Origin: Mobula hypostoma
Taxonomy: Eukaryota
Direction: 5' to 3'
NCBI RefSeq assembly: GCF_963921235.1
Contig: NC_086097.1
Location: 228,100,001-228,164,000, forward strand
DNA length: 64,000 bases
Shown here in pieces: positions 22,960 through 35,823 of this stretch. The first letter of the stretch is position 1. Every line of letters starts with the position of its first letter. Under the pieces are notes generated by a model that saw only the letters and a list, made by a program, of their open reading frames with translations, was not told the DNA's origin and did no database searches. The position numbers and the translations under genes were made by a program.

Positions 22960-25900
22960 CAGCAGAAGGTCATAGTTGGGAGCAGAGGATTCTCATTGTC
23001 TCAAAAGGTCAAGGGGGTGAGCAGAGGGGGTGGGGTGGATCTGTTGGTAAAATTTAAATCAAATCCTTAGTAAGAGGTGTCATCTGATGAGGATGTAGAA
23101 TCCTTGAGGGTTGAGTAAAGAAACTGCAAGGGTAAAAAGACCATGAAGGGAGTTATCAACAGGCCCCCCAAATAGTAGCTAGAATGTGGGGTGCAAATTG
23201 CAATGGGAGATAGAAAAAGCATGGAAAAGGGCAATGTTACAACAGTCATGGGGGATTTCAATATGCTGTTAGAATCAGAATCAGAATCAGGTTTATTATT
23301 ACCGGCATGTGTCATGAAATTTGTTAATTTAGCAGCAGCAGTTCAATGCAATGCATAATATAGAATAAATAAATAAGTGTATGTATATTGAATATATTAA
23401 AAATCATGCAAAAATCAGAAAGAATATATATATTAAAAAAGTGAGGTAGTGTTCAAGGGTTCAATGTCCATTTAGGAATCAGATGACAGAGGGGAAGAAG
23501 CTGTTCCTGAATCACTGAGTGTGTGCCTTCAGGCGTCTGTACCTCCTACCTGATGGTAACAGTGAGAAAAGGTCATGCCCTGGGTGCTGGAGATCCTTAA
23601 TAATGGACACTGCCTTTCTGAGACACCACTCCTTGAAGATGTCCTGGGTACTTTGTAGGCAAGTGCCCAAGATGCAGCTGACTAGATTTACCACCCTCTG
23701 CAGCTTCTTTCAGTCCTGTACAGTAGCCCCTCCATACCCGACAGTGATGCAGCCTGTCAAAATGCTCTCCACAGTACAACTATAAAAGTTTTTGAGTGTA
23801 TTTGTTGACATGCCAAATCTCTTCAAACTCCTAATGAAGTATAGTACTATCTTGCCTTCTTTATAACTGCATCGATATGTTGGGACAAGGTTAGATCCTC
23901 AGAGATCTTGACACCCAGGAACTTGATCCTCAGAGATCTCGAAGCTGCTCACTCTCTCCCACTTCTGATCCCTCTATGAGGATTGGTATGTGTTCCTTCG
24001 TCTTACCCTTCCTGAAGTCCACAATCAGCTCTTTCGTCTTACTGACGTTGGTGCCAGGTTGTTGTTGCAACACCACTCCACTAGTTGGCATATCTCACTC
24101 CTGTACGCCCTCTCATCACCACCTGAGATTCTACCAACAATGGTTGCATCATCAGAAATGTTATAGATGGTAATTGAGCTATACAGTCATGGCTATAGAG
24201 AGAGTAGAGCAGTTAGCTAAGCACACAACCCTGAGGTGCACCAGTATTGATCGTTAGCGAGAAGGAGATGTTATCACCAATCCACACAGGTTGTGGTCTT
24301 CCGGTTAGAAAGTCAAGGATCCAATTGCAGAGGGAGGTACAAAGGCCCATGTTCTATAACTTCTCAATCAGGATTGTGGGAATGATGGTATTAAATGCTG
24401 AGCTGTAGATTGGGAAAATTAGATTGCTGCTGGATTCCAAGAGATGAAATTGTAGAATGCCTATGAGATGGTTTGTCAGAGAGACTTGTGGTTGAGCCCA
24501 CTAGGGAAAAGGAAATTCTGGATTAAACCAGATTTGATTAGGGATTTTAATCAATTTTAATCGAGGGAAGCAAAGACAGCATAAAAGTCAAAGAGAAGAC
24601 ATCAGTTTAGCAAAGATTAGTGGGTAGTTAGAGGATTGGGAAGCTTTAAAAACCAACAGTAGGCAACTAAAATAAGCCATATAGAAAGACAAGATGAAAT
24701 ATGAAGGTAAGCTAGCCAATGATGTAAAAGAGGATACCAAATTTTTTTCAGATGTATAAAGATTAAAAGAGAGACGAAAGTGGATATCAGACTGCTAGAA
24801 AATAACACTGCAGAGGTAGTGATGGTGAGCAAAGAAATGGTGGACAAATTTAATAAGTATTTTGCATCAGTTTTCTCCGCGGAAGACACTAGCAGTATGC
24901 CAGAAATTCAAGAGTAACAGAAGGTCAAAGTGAGTGTAGTTGCTATTACTAAGGAGAAAGTGCTTGGGAAGCTGAAATGTCTGAAGGTGGATAAGTCACC
25001 CGGACCAGATGGACTACACCCCAGGGTTCTGAAAGAGATAGCTAAAAAGATTGAGAAGACAGTTGATATTCCAGGAATCTCTAGATTCTGCGATGGTTCC
25101 AGAGGACTGGAAAATTGCAAATGTCAATCCACTCTTAAGCATGGAGGGAGGCAGAAGAAATGACGTTATAGACCAGTTAGCCTGACTTCAGTGGTTGCGA
25201 AGATATTGAAGTCCATTAAAAGCATGCGGTATCACGGGATTTGGAGGCGCATGATAAAGTAGGCCAAAAGCAACATGGTTTCCTTAAGGGGGAATCTTGC
25301 CTGATAATTCTGTTAGAATTCTTTGAGTAAATAAAAGGCAGGTCAGACAAAGAAGAGTCAGTAGATATTGTTTTATTTGGATTTTCAGAAGGCCTTTGAC
25401 AAGGTGCCACACATGAGGCTGCTCGGAAGATAAGAGCCCATGGCATTGCAGGAAAGATTGGCAGGAGGCAAAGAGGCAGAATAAAGGGGGTCTGTTCTGG
25501 TTGGTTGCGGGTGGCAGGTGGTGTTCTGCATGGTCTGTACTGGGACAGCTTCACTTCAAGTTATATATCAACAACTTACATGATGGAAGTGATGGCTTTA
25601 TGGCGGCATTTGCAGACAATACAATGATAGGTGGAGAGACAGGTGGTGTTGCGGAAGCAGAGCGGCTGCAGAAGGACTTGACTGGATTGCAATAATGGGC
25701 AAAGAAATGGCAGATGGAACATAGTGTAGGAAAATGTATGGCCATATTCTTTGGCAGAAGGAATAAAGGCGTAAATTATTTCCTGAACAGAGGGGAAAAT
25801 TCAAAAAGTCAGAGATGCAAAGGGGCTTAGAAGTCCTTGTGCAGGATTCCCTAAAGGTTGAGTCACTGGTAAGGAAGGCAAATGCAATGTTAGTACTTGT

Positions 25901-26020
25901 TTCGAGAGGACTAAAATATAACTGCAAGGATGTAACTTTAAGGCTTTATGAGGCACTGGTGAGGCCTCACTTGGAGTATTGTGATCAGTTTTGGGCCCCT
26001 TATCTAAGAAAAATTGTGCT
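22960..26020 (+). mobile_element. Degenerate CR1 LINE ORF2, interrupted by a Rex element at 23270-24408
   Basis: EN remnant (GGGGGATTTCAATATGC), 'KSPGPDGLHPRVLKEIA', 'FADNTMIGG' and 'LYEALVRPHLEYCDQFWAP'. Confidence 0.88.
23270..24408 (-). mobile_element. Rex1/Babar-type LINE, 5'-truncated
   Basis: (AGAATC)n tail at 23270-23290. Reverse complement of the 8597-9430 family, extending further into RT (TGAGGTGCACCAGTATTGAT, the STGAPQG region). Confidence 0.9.
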
Positions 26021-26196
26021 GGTGAAGGTGGTAGAGGCGGATACAATAGAGTATTTTAAGAGATTCTTAGCTAGGTACATGGAGCTTAGGAAAACAGAAG
26101 GCTGTGTGGCAGGGAAATCCTAGGTAGTTTCTAGGATTTCTCATTGTGGGCCGAAGGGCTTGTAATGTGCTGTAGATTTCTATGATTCTATGTTTC
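26020..26196 (+). mobile_element. Short CR1 3' end
   Basis: 'VVEADTIEYFKRFLARYMEL' and TTTCTATG tail. Confidence 0.75.
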
Positions 26197-27195
26197 CTGT
26201 GTTTTATGCTTGGAGTCATTGTCTTGCCGGAAAACAGATCTTTTCCCAAGTCATAGTGCTCTTGCAGACTGCCTCAGGTTTTCCTCCAGGATTTCCCTGT
26301 GTTTTGCTGAATTCATTTTACCCTCTACCTACACAAGCTTTCCAGGCCTGCTGCAGTGAAGCATCCCCACAGCATGATGCAGCCACCACCATGCTTCACA
26401 GTAGGGATGGTGTGTTTTTGATGATGTGTAGTGTTTGGATTGTACCAGACATAGTGTTTAGTCTGATGGCCAAAAATATCAGTTTTGCTTTCATCAGACT
26501 GTAGAAGCTTCTTCCAGTTGACTTCAGAGTCTCTCACGTGCCTTCTGGCAAACTCTAACTGAGATTTCATGAGAGTTTTTTTTTCAACAGTGGCTTTCTC
26601 TTTGCCACTCTCCCATAAAGCTGCAATTGGCGATGCACCCAGGCAACAGATGCACAGTCCCTCCCACCTCAGCCATTGAAGCTTGTAACTCCTCCAGAGT
26701 TGTCATAGGTCTCTTGGTGGCCTCCTTTACCAGTCCCCTCCTTGTATGGTCACTCAGTTTTGAGGACGGCTTGCTCTAGGCAGATTTATGGCTGTGTCAT
26801 ATTCTTTGCATTTCTTGATCATTGACTTAACTATACTCCAACGGATAGTCAGTGACTTGGAAGTTTTCTTGTATCCATTTACTGACTTGTGCTTTTCACA
26901 AATCTTTTTGAGGAGTTGCTTGGAGTGTTCTTTTGTCTTCATGGTGTAGTTTTTGGCAGAATACTAACTCATCAGGAGGTGGATCTTCCAGATACAGGTA
27001 TATTTTTACCACAGTCCATAGAAACACCTTGACTACACACAGGTCTCCTAAAACAGATCTTTATTTAACTAATTATGTGGCTTCTAAAACCAATTGTCAA
27101 AAAAGCCAAATTAAATCCACTATGATTCAATGTTGTTAAACAATAAAGCGTGAAAACTTCCAAGCAGGGGAGGTGAATATTTTTTATGGGCACTG
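26197..27195 (-). mobile_element. Tc1-family DNA transposon, 5' half (transposase pseudogene)
   Basis: Minus ORFs 'MKTKEHSKQL…GYKKTSKSL…LPRASRPQ' (paired-like HTH) and 'WKKLLQSDESK…PTVKHGGGCIMLWGCF'. TIR CAGTGCCCATAAAAAATATTCAC ends at 27195, followed by TA. The other end is missing. Confidence 0.92.
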
Positions 27196-28602
27196 TATGT
27201 CAACAATTTTGATGATGGAATTGATGGCTTTGTGTTCATGTTTGCAGACAATATGAAAATAGGTGTACAGGCAAGTAATGTTGAGGAAGCAGGGAGTCAG
27301 TGGTAAGGAAGGCAAATGCATTCATTTCAAGAGGACTAGAATATTAAAAAATATAATAAATCAGCAAACTTGATGGGCTGAATGGCCTAATTCTGCTCCT
27401 GTATCTTAATGGTATTACTTTGAAGTGTTAACAACCCAGGAAAGTGAAAGCTAGCTGCTTCAGTGATTTACGAACATCTACTGCATTTCCAGATATTTTG
27501 GGAATTGTTGACAGTTCATTCAAAATATGTAATTAAAAAGGAAAGAAGAAACCCAGTTATTTCCTGTTTAATATTTGGAAAAAGAATATGCTCATGTATG
27601 ACACTTGGGAATGCTGAAGGTCTGACTTGGGAGACTTTAATTAATGTTGTCAAGTGATATGTTTCTCTGTTGACTAATGTGCATAAAAATAACATTGCCC
27701 ATTTGTTCAGCCCCATCCACCAAGATACAGCTCTCAATTCACCATGGCTGTTAATTATGGAGAGACTTCTCAAAATCATTCAGAACCATAGCTCATCAAC
27801 CTTGGAAAAATGCAGTGTGGTTTCTCATCAGCCAAAGTGCATTGTTTCAAATTATTTACTTCTCTCCGTTGCGCAGCCGTAAGGAATTCAGTCAGACATG
27901 ATAGACAAAACAGAAAATGCTGGAAAAAAACTCAGCAGGGCAAATAGAAAAACCACCTTGACTTTTCAATCAGGATCCTTCTTCAGAAGTGGAAGAAATG
28001 TGAAGTTGCAGAGAGGCAGAGATGTAAAGAACAGGGGAATGTATCTACACACCAAAGCTGTCAAGATAGCAATCAGCATTTGGAACAAAATGATGCAGAA
28101 ACTTTTCATAAATGTGACAAATCAAAAGAATGTAAAATTGTCTGCAGTACCAGATATTACCAGATAAGCAATTGCCATTAAGATGGATCACGAGGCTTTC
28201 TATAGAAAAATATTTCAAATAATGGCTCCTCAGATCATAATGGGCAAATGGTAAATAATTTACTTGGCTAACCTTGAGTTTGTCAATCCAACACGTATGA
28301 AAAAATATTAAAAAGCCTCATTGAGGCATTCTCTTTGCCATCTTTAGGCCCTAGACAAAACTCAGGTCCTTCAAAACAGGCTGAGGAAATTAAAATAGTA
28401 ACCCATGTTTATTAGGCTTGTTATTACAAATCAGCAACCTCTGTGGATCGACTCGCATGAACAGATGAGTCACTGACATTGGAGTCTTTCAACATAATCA
28501 AATGAGAAGGCTGGAGAAGGGGCAGTATTGGAAGGAAAACCTTTGTGTTTCATCGGCCATAGGACCAGAGGTATCATCTGTCCACTAGGTCTTCTCTCAG
28601 AA

Positions 28603-29420
28603 TAGTCATAGTCATAGAACACTACAGCACAGAAACAAGCCCTTCAGCCCATGAATCTGTCCAGTCCCATTGACCTGTACCTAGATCATAGCTCTCCATA
28701 CTCCTCCCATCCTTGTACCTATCCAAATTTCTCTGAAATGTTGAAATCAACCCCACATTCAGCATTTGCACTGGCAGCTTGTTCCACACTCACACCACTC
28801 TCACCCTTAACCTATGACCTATAGTTGTCAACCTTAGTGGAAAAAGACTGCCTACATTTACTCCCCGTAATTTTGTATACACTATCAAATCTCCCCTCAA
28901 TCTTCTATGTTATGGGGAATAAAGTCTTAACATATTCAAACTTACCCTATAACTTAGGTCCTCAAGTCCAAGCAACATCCTTGTAAATTTTGTTTGTACT
29001 CTTTCAATCTTACTTGCATCTTTCCTGTAGGTAAGTAGGTGACCAAAACGGGACACAATTCTCCATATTAAGTCTCACCAACGTCTTATACATTTTCAAT
29101 ATAACATACCAACTCCTGTATTCAGTACATTGATCTATGAAGACCAAAGTGCCAAAAGCTTTCTTTGCTACCCTATCTACCAGTGTCACCACTTTCAAGG
29201 AATTATGGATCTGTATTCCTGGATCCCTCTATCACACCACTCTCACCAGTGCCCTTCCGTTCGCCATGTAAGACCTACCCTGGCTGGTCCTCCTAAAGAG
29301 CAATACCTCACATTTGTCTGTTTTAAATTTAATCTGCTTCAACCCATTTTTCCAACTGGTCCAGATTATGCTGTAAGCTTTGATAGTTTTCTTTGCTGTT
29401 CACTACACCCCCAGTCTTAT
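28603..29420 (-). mobile_element. CR1 LINE 3' part
   Basis: 'VDRVAKKAFGTLVFIDQCTEYRSWYVILKMYKTLVRLNMENCVPFWSP' and a (TATGAC)n-like tail. Confidence 0.8.
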
Positions 29421-30440
29421 TATTCCCCCCTCCAGTTCAGGTACAAACCATCCTTTCTGTCCAAATCCCACATTACCTGGAGGAGAGCCCAATGATCTAA
29501 TAGTCTGGAGCCCTGCCTCATACACCAACTCCTTAGCCATGTGTTAAACTGTGTGTTCTTCCTATTTCTAGACTCGCTAGCACGTGGCACAGGTAGCAAT
29601 CCTAAAATCACAATCCTGGAGGTCCTATCCTTTAACTTAGCACCTAACTCCCTGAAGTCACTTTGCAGGACCTTGTCGCCACTCCTACCCATATCATTGG
29701 TGCCTACGTGGAGCACAACCTGACTATTCACTCTTCTACTTTAGAATGCTGTGGACTCGATCCAGGATGCCCCTGACCTTGACACCCAGGATACAGCAAA
29801 CCATCCAGGAATCGGTTTCTCATCCACAGAACCCCATTTCTGTTCTCCAACCAACGAATCATCCCCTATCACTACGGCTCATCTGTTCTTCCCAACCTTC
29901 CCTTCTGAGCCACAGAGCTAAACTCGGTGCCAGAAACATGCTCACTGTGGTTTCTTCCTGGTAGGTCAACCCCCACTCTCCCCCCCGACAGTATCCAAAG
30001 CGGTATACATTTTAATGATGAGAACAGACACAGGCATATTCTGCAATGGTTGCCTACTTCCTTTCCCTCTCCTGACAGTTAGCCACGTACCTGCGTCCTG
30101 CAACTTAGGAGTGACTACCTCCATGTAGGTCCATCAGTCACCACCTCTTTCTCCCATATGAGCTGAAGGTCATCGAGCTGCACCTCCAGTTCCTTAACAC
30201 GGTCTCTGACGAAAGGCAGGTCAGTGTTCTTCGTGCAGATTTAGTTATCAGGGAGACTGGACTTCCCCAAAGTTCCCAAATCTCAAACAAGGAACATATC
30301 ACTAACTCTGGACCAATTCCCAGCATACTAGCTATGTACTAACACAGAAAGAAAAATACTGGAAACTTACTTAGAGCCTGTGTTTGTGATTATCCACGCC
30401 TGTTTTTGCCGAAGCCCAGTGAGCACCAAAGCCAACCCAC
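29421..30440 (-). mobile_element. CR1 LINE ORF1 remnant (SGNH/GDSL esterase domain)
   Basis: Minus ORF 29420-29731 'VVLHVGTNDMG…RIVILGLLPVPRAS…NTWLRSWC…DRKDGLYLN' contains the GxND block and a decayed DGLH motif typical of CR1 ORF1p esterases. Confidence 0.85.
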
Positions 30441-31128
30441 TCTAACACTGTCCCACTCCAACGATGGCCTTTCCGCTTACACTTCCTTCCTTTTTCTTAG
30501 CTCAAACAGTGACTCACTCCCAACAAGACTTGTAGTTTTCAGGTGGCTCCCACACTTCAAGATGCTACTCTCTTACTCAATGCTTCAATCAGTAACTAAT
30601 TCCAGGCTAGACTTACAATTTTCAAATGGCTCCCACCCTGCAAGATGTCATTTGCTCTCACTTGCTACTCCTAACAGAAGGGCATTAGCAGGGCTCACAC
30701 GGGAGCTTCATGGAGATGACCATTCCTCAAGCTGGTGTGTTAGATCTGAGGTTAAATGCAGGAAGCCAGAGGTAACTCAATGACAGTGTATCACCCCATG
30801 CATATCTTGCCCATTGCATTGCCGATTAAGCCAGGATCATGACCTCAGCACCTTATTCTCCAGCACAGATGAACCACCATGCAGTAACCCTTCGATTAAT
30901 GAGCAAAGCAATTCCTAACCTTCTCACTATGGGGCAGAAATTTCCTTATGAACCTTGAATGCATGCCCCAGCATAGTATATCAGTTGTACTCTATCCCAA
31001 GATGTTCAGTTCCAGAAGAACCAAACCTGCAACAGATACTCTCATCCATATTCAGTGCGGGTGATTGATGACTAATTCCAAAATTAAATTCAGAAGCAGG
31101 GCTTTAGAATTGTAGTATGTATAACCTG

Positions 31129-32990
31129 TAAAAAACTGTAAAAGCTTTTATAGATACTGTATGTGAAAAGAAAAAAAAATGGTTAAGACAAATGTAGGTC
31201 CCTTACAGTCAGAAACAGGTGAATTGATCATGGGGAACAAGGACATGGCAGACCAATTGAATAACTACTTTGGTTCTGTCTTCACTAAGGAGAACATAAA
31301 TAATCTTCGGGGAATAGTAGGGGACCGAGGGTCTAGTGAGATGGAGGAACTGAGGGAAATACATATTAGTAGGGAAGTGGTGTTAGGTAAATTGAAGGGT
31401 TTAAAGGCAGATAAATCCCCAGACCAGATGGTCTGCATCCCAGAGTGCTTAAGGAAGTAGCCCAAGAAATAGTGGATGCATTAGTGATAATTTTTCAAAA
31501 CTCTTCAGATTCTGGACTAGTTCCTGAAGATTGGAGGGTGGCTAATGTAACCCCACTTTTTATAAAAGGAGGGAGAGAGAAACTGGGGAATTATAGACCA
31601 GTTAGCCTAACATCAATGGTGGGGAAACTGCTGGAGTCAGTTATCAAAGATGTGATAACAGCACATTTGGAAAGCAGTGAAATGATCGGACAAAGTCAGC
31701 ATGGATTTGTGAAAGGAAAATCATGTCTGACGAATCTTACAGAATTTTTTGAGGATGTAACTAGTAGAGTGGATAGGGGAGAACCAGTGGATGTGGTATA
31801 TTTGGATTTCCAAAAGGCTTTTGACAAGGTCCCACACAGGAAACTGTGTGCAAACTTAAAGCACACGGTATTGGGGGTAAGGTATTGATGTGGATAGAGA
31901 ATTGGTTGGCAGACAGGAAGAAAAGAGTGGGAATAAATGGGACCTTTTCAGAATGGCAGGCAGTGACTAGTGGGGTACCGCAAGGCCCAGTGCTGGGATC
32001 CCAGTTGTTTACAATATATATTAATGATTTAGACGAGGGAATTAAATGCAGTTTTTCCAAGTTTGCAGATGACACAAAGCTGGGCGGCAGTGTTAGCTGT
32101 GAGGAGGATGCTAAGAGGATGCAGGGTGACTTGGATAGGTTAGGTGAGTGGGCAAATTCATAGCAGATGCAATTTAATGTGGATAAGTGTGAGGCTATCC
32201 ACTTTGGTGGCAAGAACAGGAAAACAGATTATTATTTGAATGGGCCGATTAGGAAAAGGAGAGGTGCAATGAGACCTGGGTGTCATTGTACACCAGTCAT
32301 TGAAAGTGGGCATGCAGGTACAGCAGGCAGTGTAAAAGGCAAATGGTATGTTGGCATTCATAGCAAGAGGATTCGAGTACAGGAGCAGGGAGGTTCTACT
32401 GCAGTTGTACAAGGCCTTGGTGAGATGACACCTGGAGTATTGTGTGCAGTTTTGGTCCCCTAACCTGAGGAAAGACATTCTTGCCATAGAGGGAGTACAA
32501 AGAAGGTTCACCAGATTGATTCCTGGGATGGCAGGACTTTCATATGAAGAAAGATTGGATCGACTAGGCATATACTCACTGGAATTTAGAAGATCGAGGG
32601 GGGATCTTATTGAAACGTATAAAATTCTAAAGGGATTGGACAGGCTAGATGAAGGAAGATTGTTCCCGATGTTGGGGAAGTCCAGAACGAGGGGTCACAG
32701 TTTGAGGATAAAGGGGAAGCCTTTTAGGACCAAGATGAGGAAAAACTTCTTCACACAGAGAGTGGTGATTCTGTGGAATTCTCTGCCACAGGAAACAGTT
32801 GAGGCCAGTTCATTGGCTATATTTAAGAGGGAGTTAGATATGGCCCTTGTGGCTAAAGGGATCAGGGGGTATGGAGAGAAGGCAGGTACAGGGTTCTGAG
32901 TTGGATGATCAGCCATGATCATACTGAATGGCGGTGCAGGCTCAAAGGGCCGAATGGCCTACTCCTGCACCTATTTTCTATGTTTCTATG
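31129..32990 (+). mobile_element. Well-preserved 5'-truncated CR1 LINE (RT pseudogene) with 7-bp TSD
   Basis: 'NYRPVSLTSMVGKLLE', 'YLDFQKAFDKVPH', 'SGVPQGPVLG' and 'FADDTKLGG', broken by frameshifts and a TAG at 32161. TTTCTATG tail. TSD TAACCTG at 31122-31128 and 32991-32997. Confidence 0.95.
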
Positions 32991-33774
32991 TAACCTGAGA
33001 CAGATTTTTATTTATCAAAGGCAAAAAGAAACTTGAGACAAAGGCTTTCTGAGTTAGCTCATGGATCAGCTATGACTTTACTGAGGAAAGAAACATGTTC
33101 AAAAACCAGAATTACCTCCTCTTTTTCTATTTTTTCTCAAATTTCAGCGTTGTAATGGGGTAGAAACCTGATATGAGAGATTCGCAGACTGATTTGTGGA
33201 AATGATGATCATAGTTTAGGAAGGATAATACATCAAGGATGGAAAGATTGGAGATGGATCAGTAGTTTGAGGCAAGTGTCAATAATATATTTCTTCTGGG
33301 CATAAATTACATACTCTATCTATTAATACTGAGAGTATATTAAACCATGTATAGATTAACCCAATCCACATTTCCTGCCCAGTTTGTGATGAAAAGTATT
33401 TCAACATTTCTCAGTATATTCACTGGATTGAGGACATTCAGTGAAACAACAAAAGATGTTGTCTGTCCCAGCCAATATACTTTGTAAAACCAGAATTAGG
33501 CTATTTGGCCCATCGAGTGTACTCTTCTATTCCATCGTGTCTGGTTTATTATCCCTCTCAACCCCATTCTCCTGACTTCTGTCCATAACCTGTGACGCCC
33601 TGACTAAACAAGAATTCAAGTATCGATTAACCTTTGCTTTAAGTTTACTCAATGACTTGTCCTTCACAGCTATCCATGGCAATGATTCCACAGATTCACC
33701 ACCCTCTGGCAAAAGGTTTTTTTCCACATCCACTCTATCCAGACCTTTTAATATTCGATTGGTTTCAATGAGAT

Positions 33775-34120
33775 AGAAACGTAGAAACATAGAAAACCTA
33801 CAGCACAATACAGGCCCTTCGGCCCACAAAGCTGTGCTGAATATGTCCTTACCTTAGAAATTACCTAGGGTTACCCATAGCCCTCTATTTTTCTGAGCTC
33901 CATGTACCTGTCCAGGAGTCTCTTAAAAGACCCTATTGTATCTGCCTCCACCACCGTCGCCGGCAGCCCATTCCACGCATTCACCACTCTCTGCGTAAAA
34001 AACTTACCCCCGAGATCTCTGTAAATTTGCCGATGACACAAAGGTTGGAGGTGTTGTGGATAGTATGGAGGGCTGTCAGAGGATACAGTGGGACATTGAT
34101 AGGATGCAAAACTAGGCTGA
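33775..34120 (-). mobile_element. CR1 insertion with 5' inversion
   Basis: Antisense 3' end (33775 to about 34020) fused to a sense RT piece (34021-34120, KFADDTKVGGVVDS). TSD GAGAT at 33770-33774 and 34121-34125. Confidence 0.8.
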
Positions 34121-34195
34121 GAGATCCCCCGTCATTCTTCTAAAGTCCCGTGAGTACAGGCCCAGAGCTATCAAACGCTTCTCATATGTTACATA

Positions 34196-34893
34196 TGTTA
34201 CGTGTCCACAGTTTTGTTTTCCTGGGAGTCCATAGTTTTGTTTACTGTGGGCATCACGTGTCCCCAGTTTCGTTTTACTGGGAGTGCACAGTTTTGTTTC
34301 TGTGAGCGTTACCTTATGACGTATGCCAACTGTATAAAAGAAATGTGGGCATAGTGCCGAGAAGGAGTCGAAGGAAAGAGAGAGAGTGGAGATTGCAGGC
34401 TTCGAGCTATAAGGGAACAGCTCAAGATCGTCCATTGCTTACCCATACCCAAAGGATTGTGTTAATCTGTGGCACACTGTGCATTGTGGAGACGTGTCTG
34501 ATCTTCGTATGATCCATGGCCGTGGATTTCTTAACAGTCACTTTGTGAAATCGCTCTTCGTGGATTTCGGAACAGTATTCCTCGGCTGGGATCTTCGGTA
34601 ACCGTTTCTTCGTTCGCTAGCCGTGGAAACTTTGGAATTCATCGTGATCGCCTCGTCGCTGCACTGTGAATCCACAAGTCTCTCCCCTCACCTATTTTGT
34701 GAATTACTGGGACTCTCTGAGCTGCCACTTTAAGACTGTGCTTGAGTAAGATTTGTTAAGAACGGGTTCTAAGTTTGACTGTAAGGGAGCTATAGACGCA
34801 TAACACTGTTAACTTCTGTTTAAGAAAGTCGTTTATTTAATTTTCTATATTTTTGAGCAGATGTAAATAAATATACGTTACGAAATCGTAACA
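34196..34893 (+). mobile_element. Solo LTR (698 bp) with 4-bp TSD
   Basis: Ends TGTTACG…CGTAACA (perfect 7-bp inverted termini). TSD CATA at 34192-34195 and 34894-34897. TATAAAA at about 34333, AATAAA at about 34866, CpG-rich. Confidence 0.9.
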
Positions 34894-35823
34894 CATAGAA
34901 CATAGAAACATAGAAAACTTACGGCACAATATAGGCCTTTTGGCCCACGATGCTGTGCCGAACATATACTTACTTTAGAAATTACCTAGGGTTACCCATA
35001 GCCCTCTATTTTCTAAGCTACATATACCTATCCAAGAGTCTCCTAAAAGACCCTATTGTGTCTGCCTCCACCACTGTTGCCAGCAGCCCATTCCACACAC
35101 TCACCACTCTCTGCATAAAAAACTTATCCCTGACATCTCCTCTGTACCCGCTTCCAAGCACCTTAAAACTGTGTCCTCCCGTGCTAGCCATTACAGCCCT
35201 GGGAAAAAGCCTCTGGCTATCCACATGATCAATGCCTCTCATCATCTTATACACCTCTATCAGGTCACTTTTTATCCTCCGTCACTCCAAGGAGAAAAGT
35301 CCAAGTTTACTCAACTTACTCTCATAGGGCATGTTCCCCAATCCAGGCAACATCCTTGCAAATCTCCTCTGCACCCTTTGTATAGTTTCCACATCTTCCC
35401 TGTAGTGAGGCGACCAAAATTGAGCACAGCACTCCAAGTGGGGTCTGACGAGGGTCCTATATAGGGGCAACATTACCTGTCAGCTCCTAAATTCAATCCC
35501 ACGGTTGATGAAGGCCAATGCACCGTATGCCTTCTTAACCACAGAATCAACCTGCACGGCAGCATGATTGTGCTCTGAGCTCAGACCCAATATCGCTCTG
35601 ATCCTCCAGACTGCGAAGAGTGTTACCATTTATACTATATTTTGCCATCATACTTCACCTACCAAAATGAACCACCTCACACTTATCAGCCCAGTTTTGC
35701 AACCTATTGATGTCCCACTGTAACCTCTGTCAGCCCTCTACACTAGCCACAACACCCCCAAACTTGGCGTCATCAGCAAATTTATTAACCCATCCCTCCT
35801 CTTCCTCATCCAGGCCATTTATA

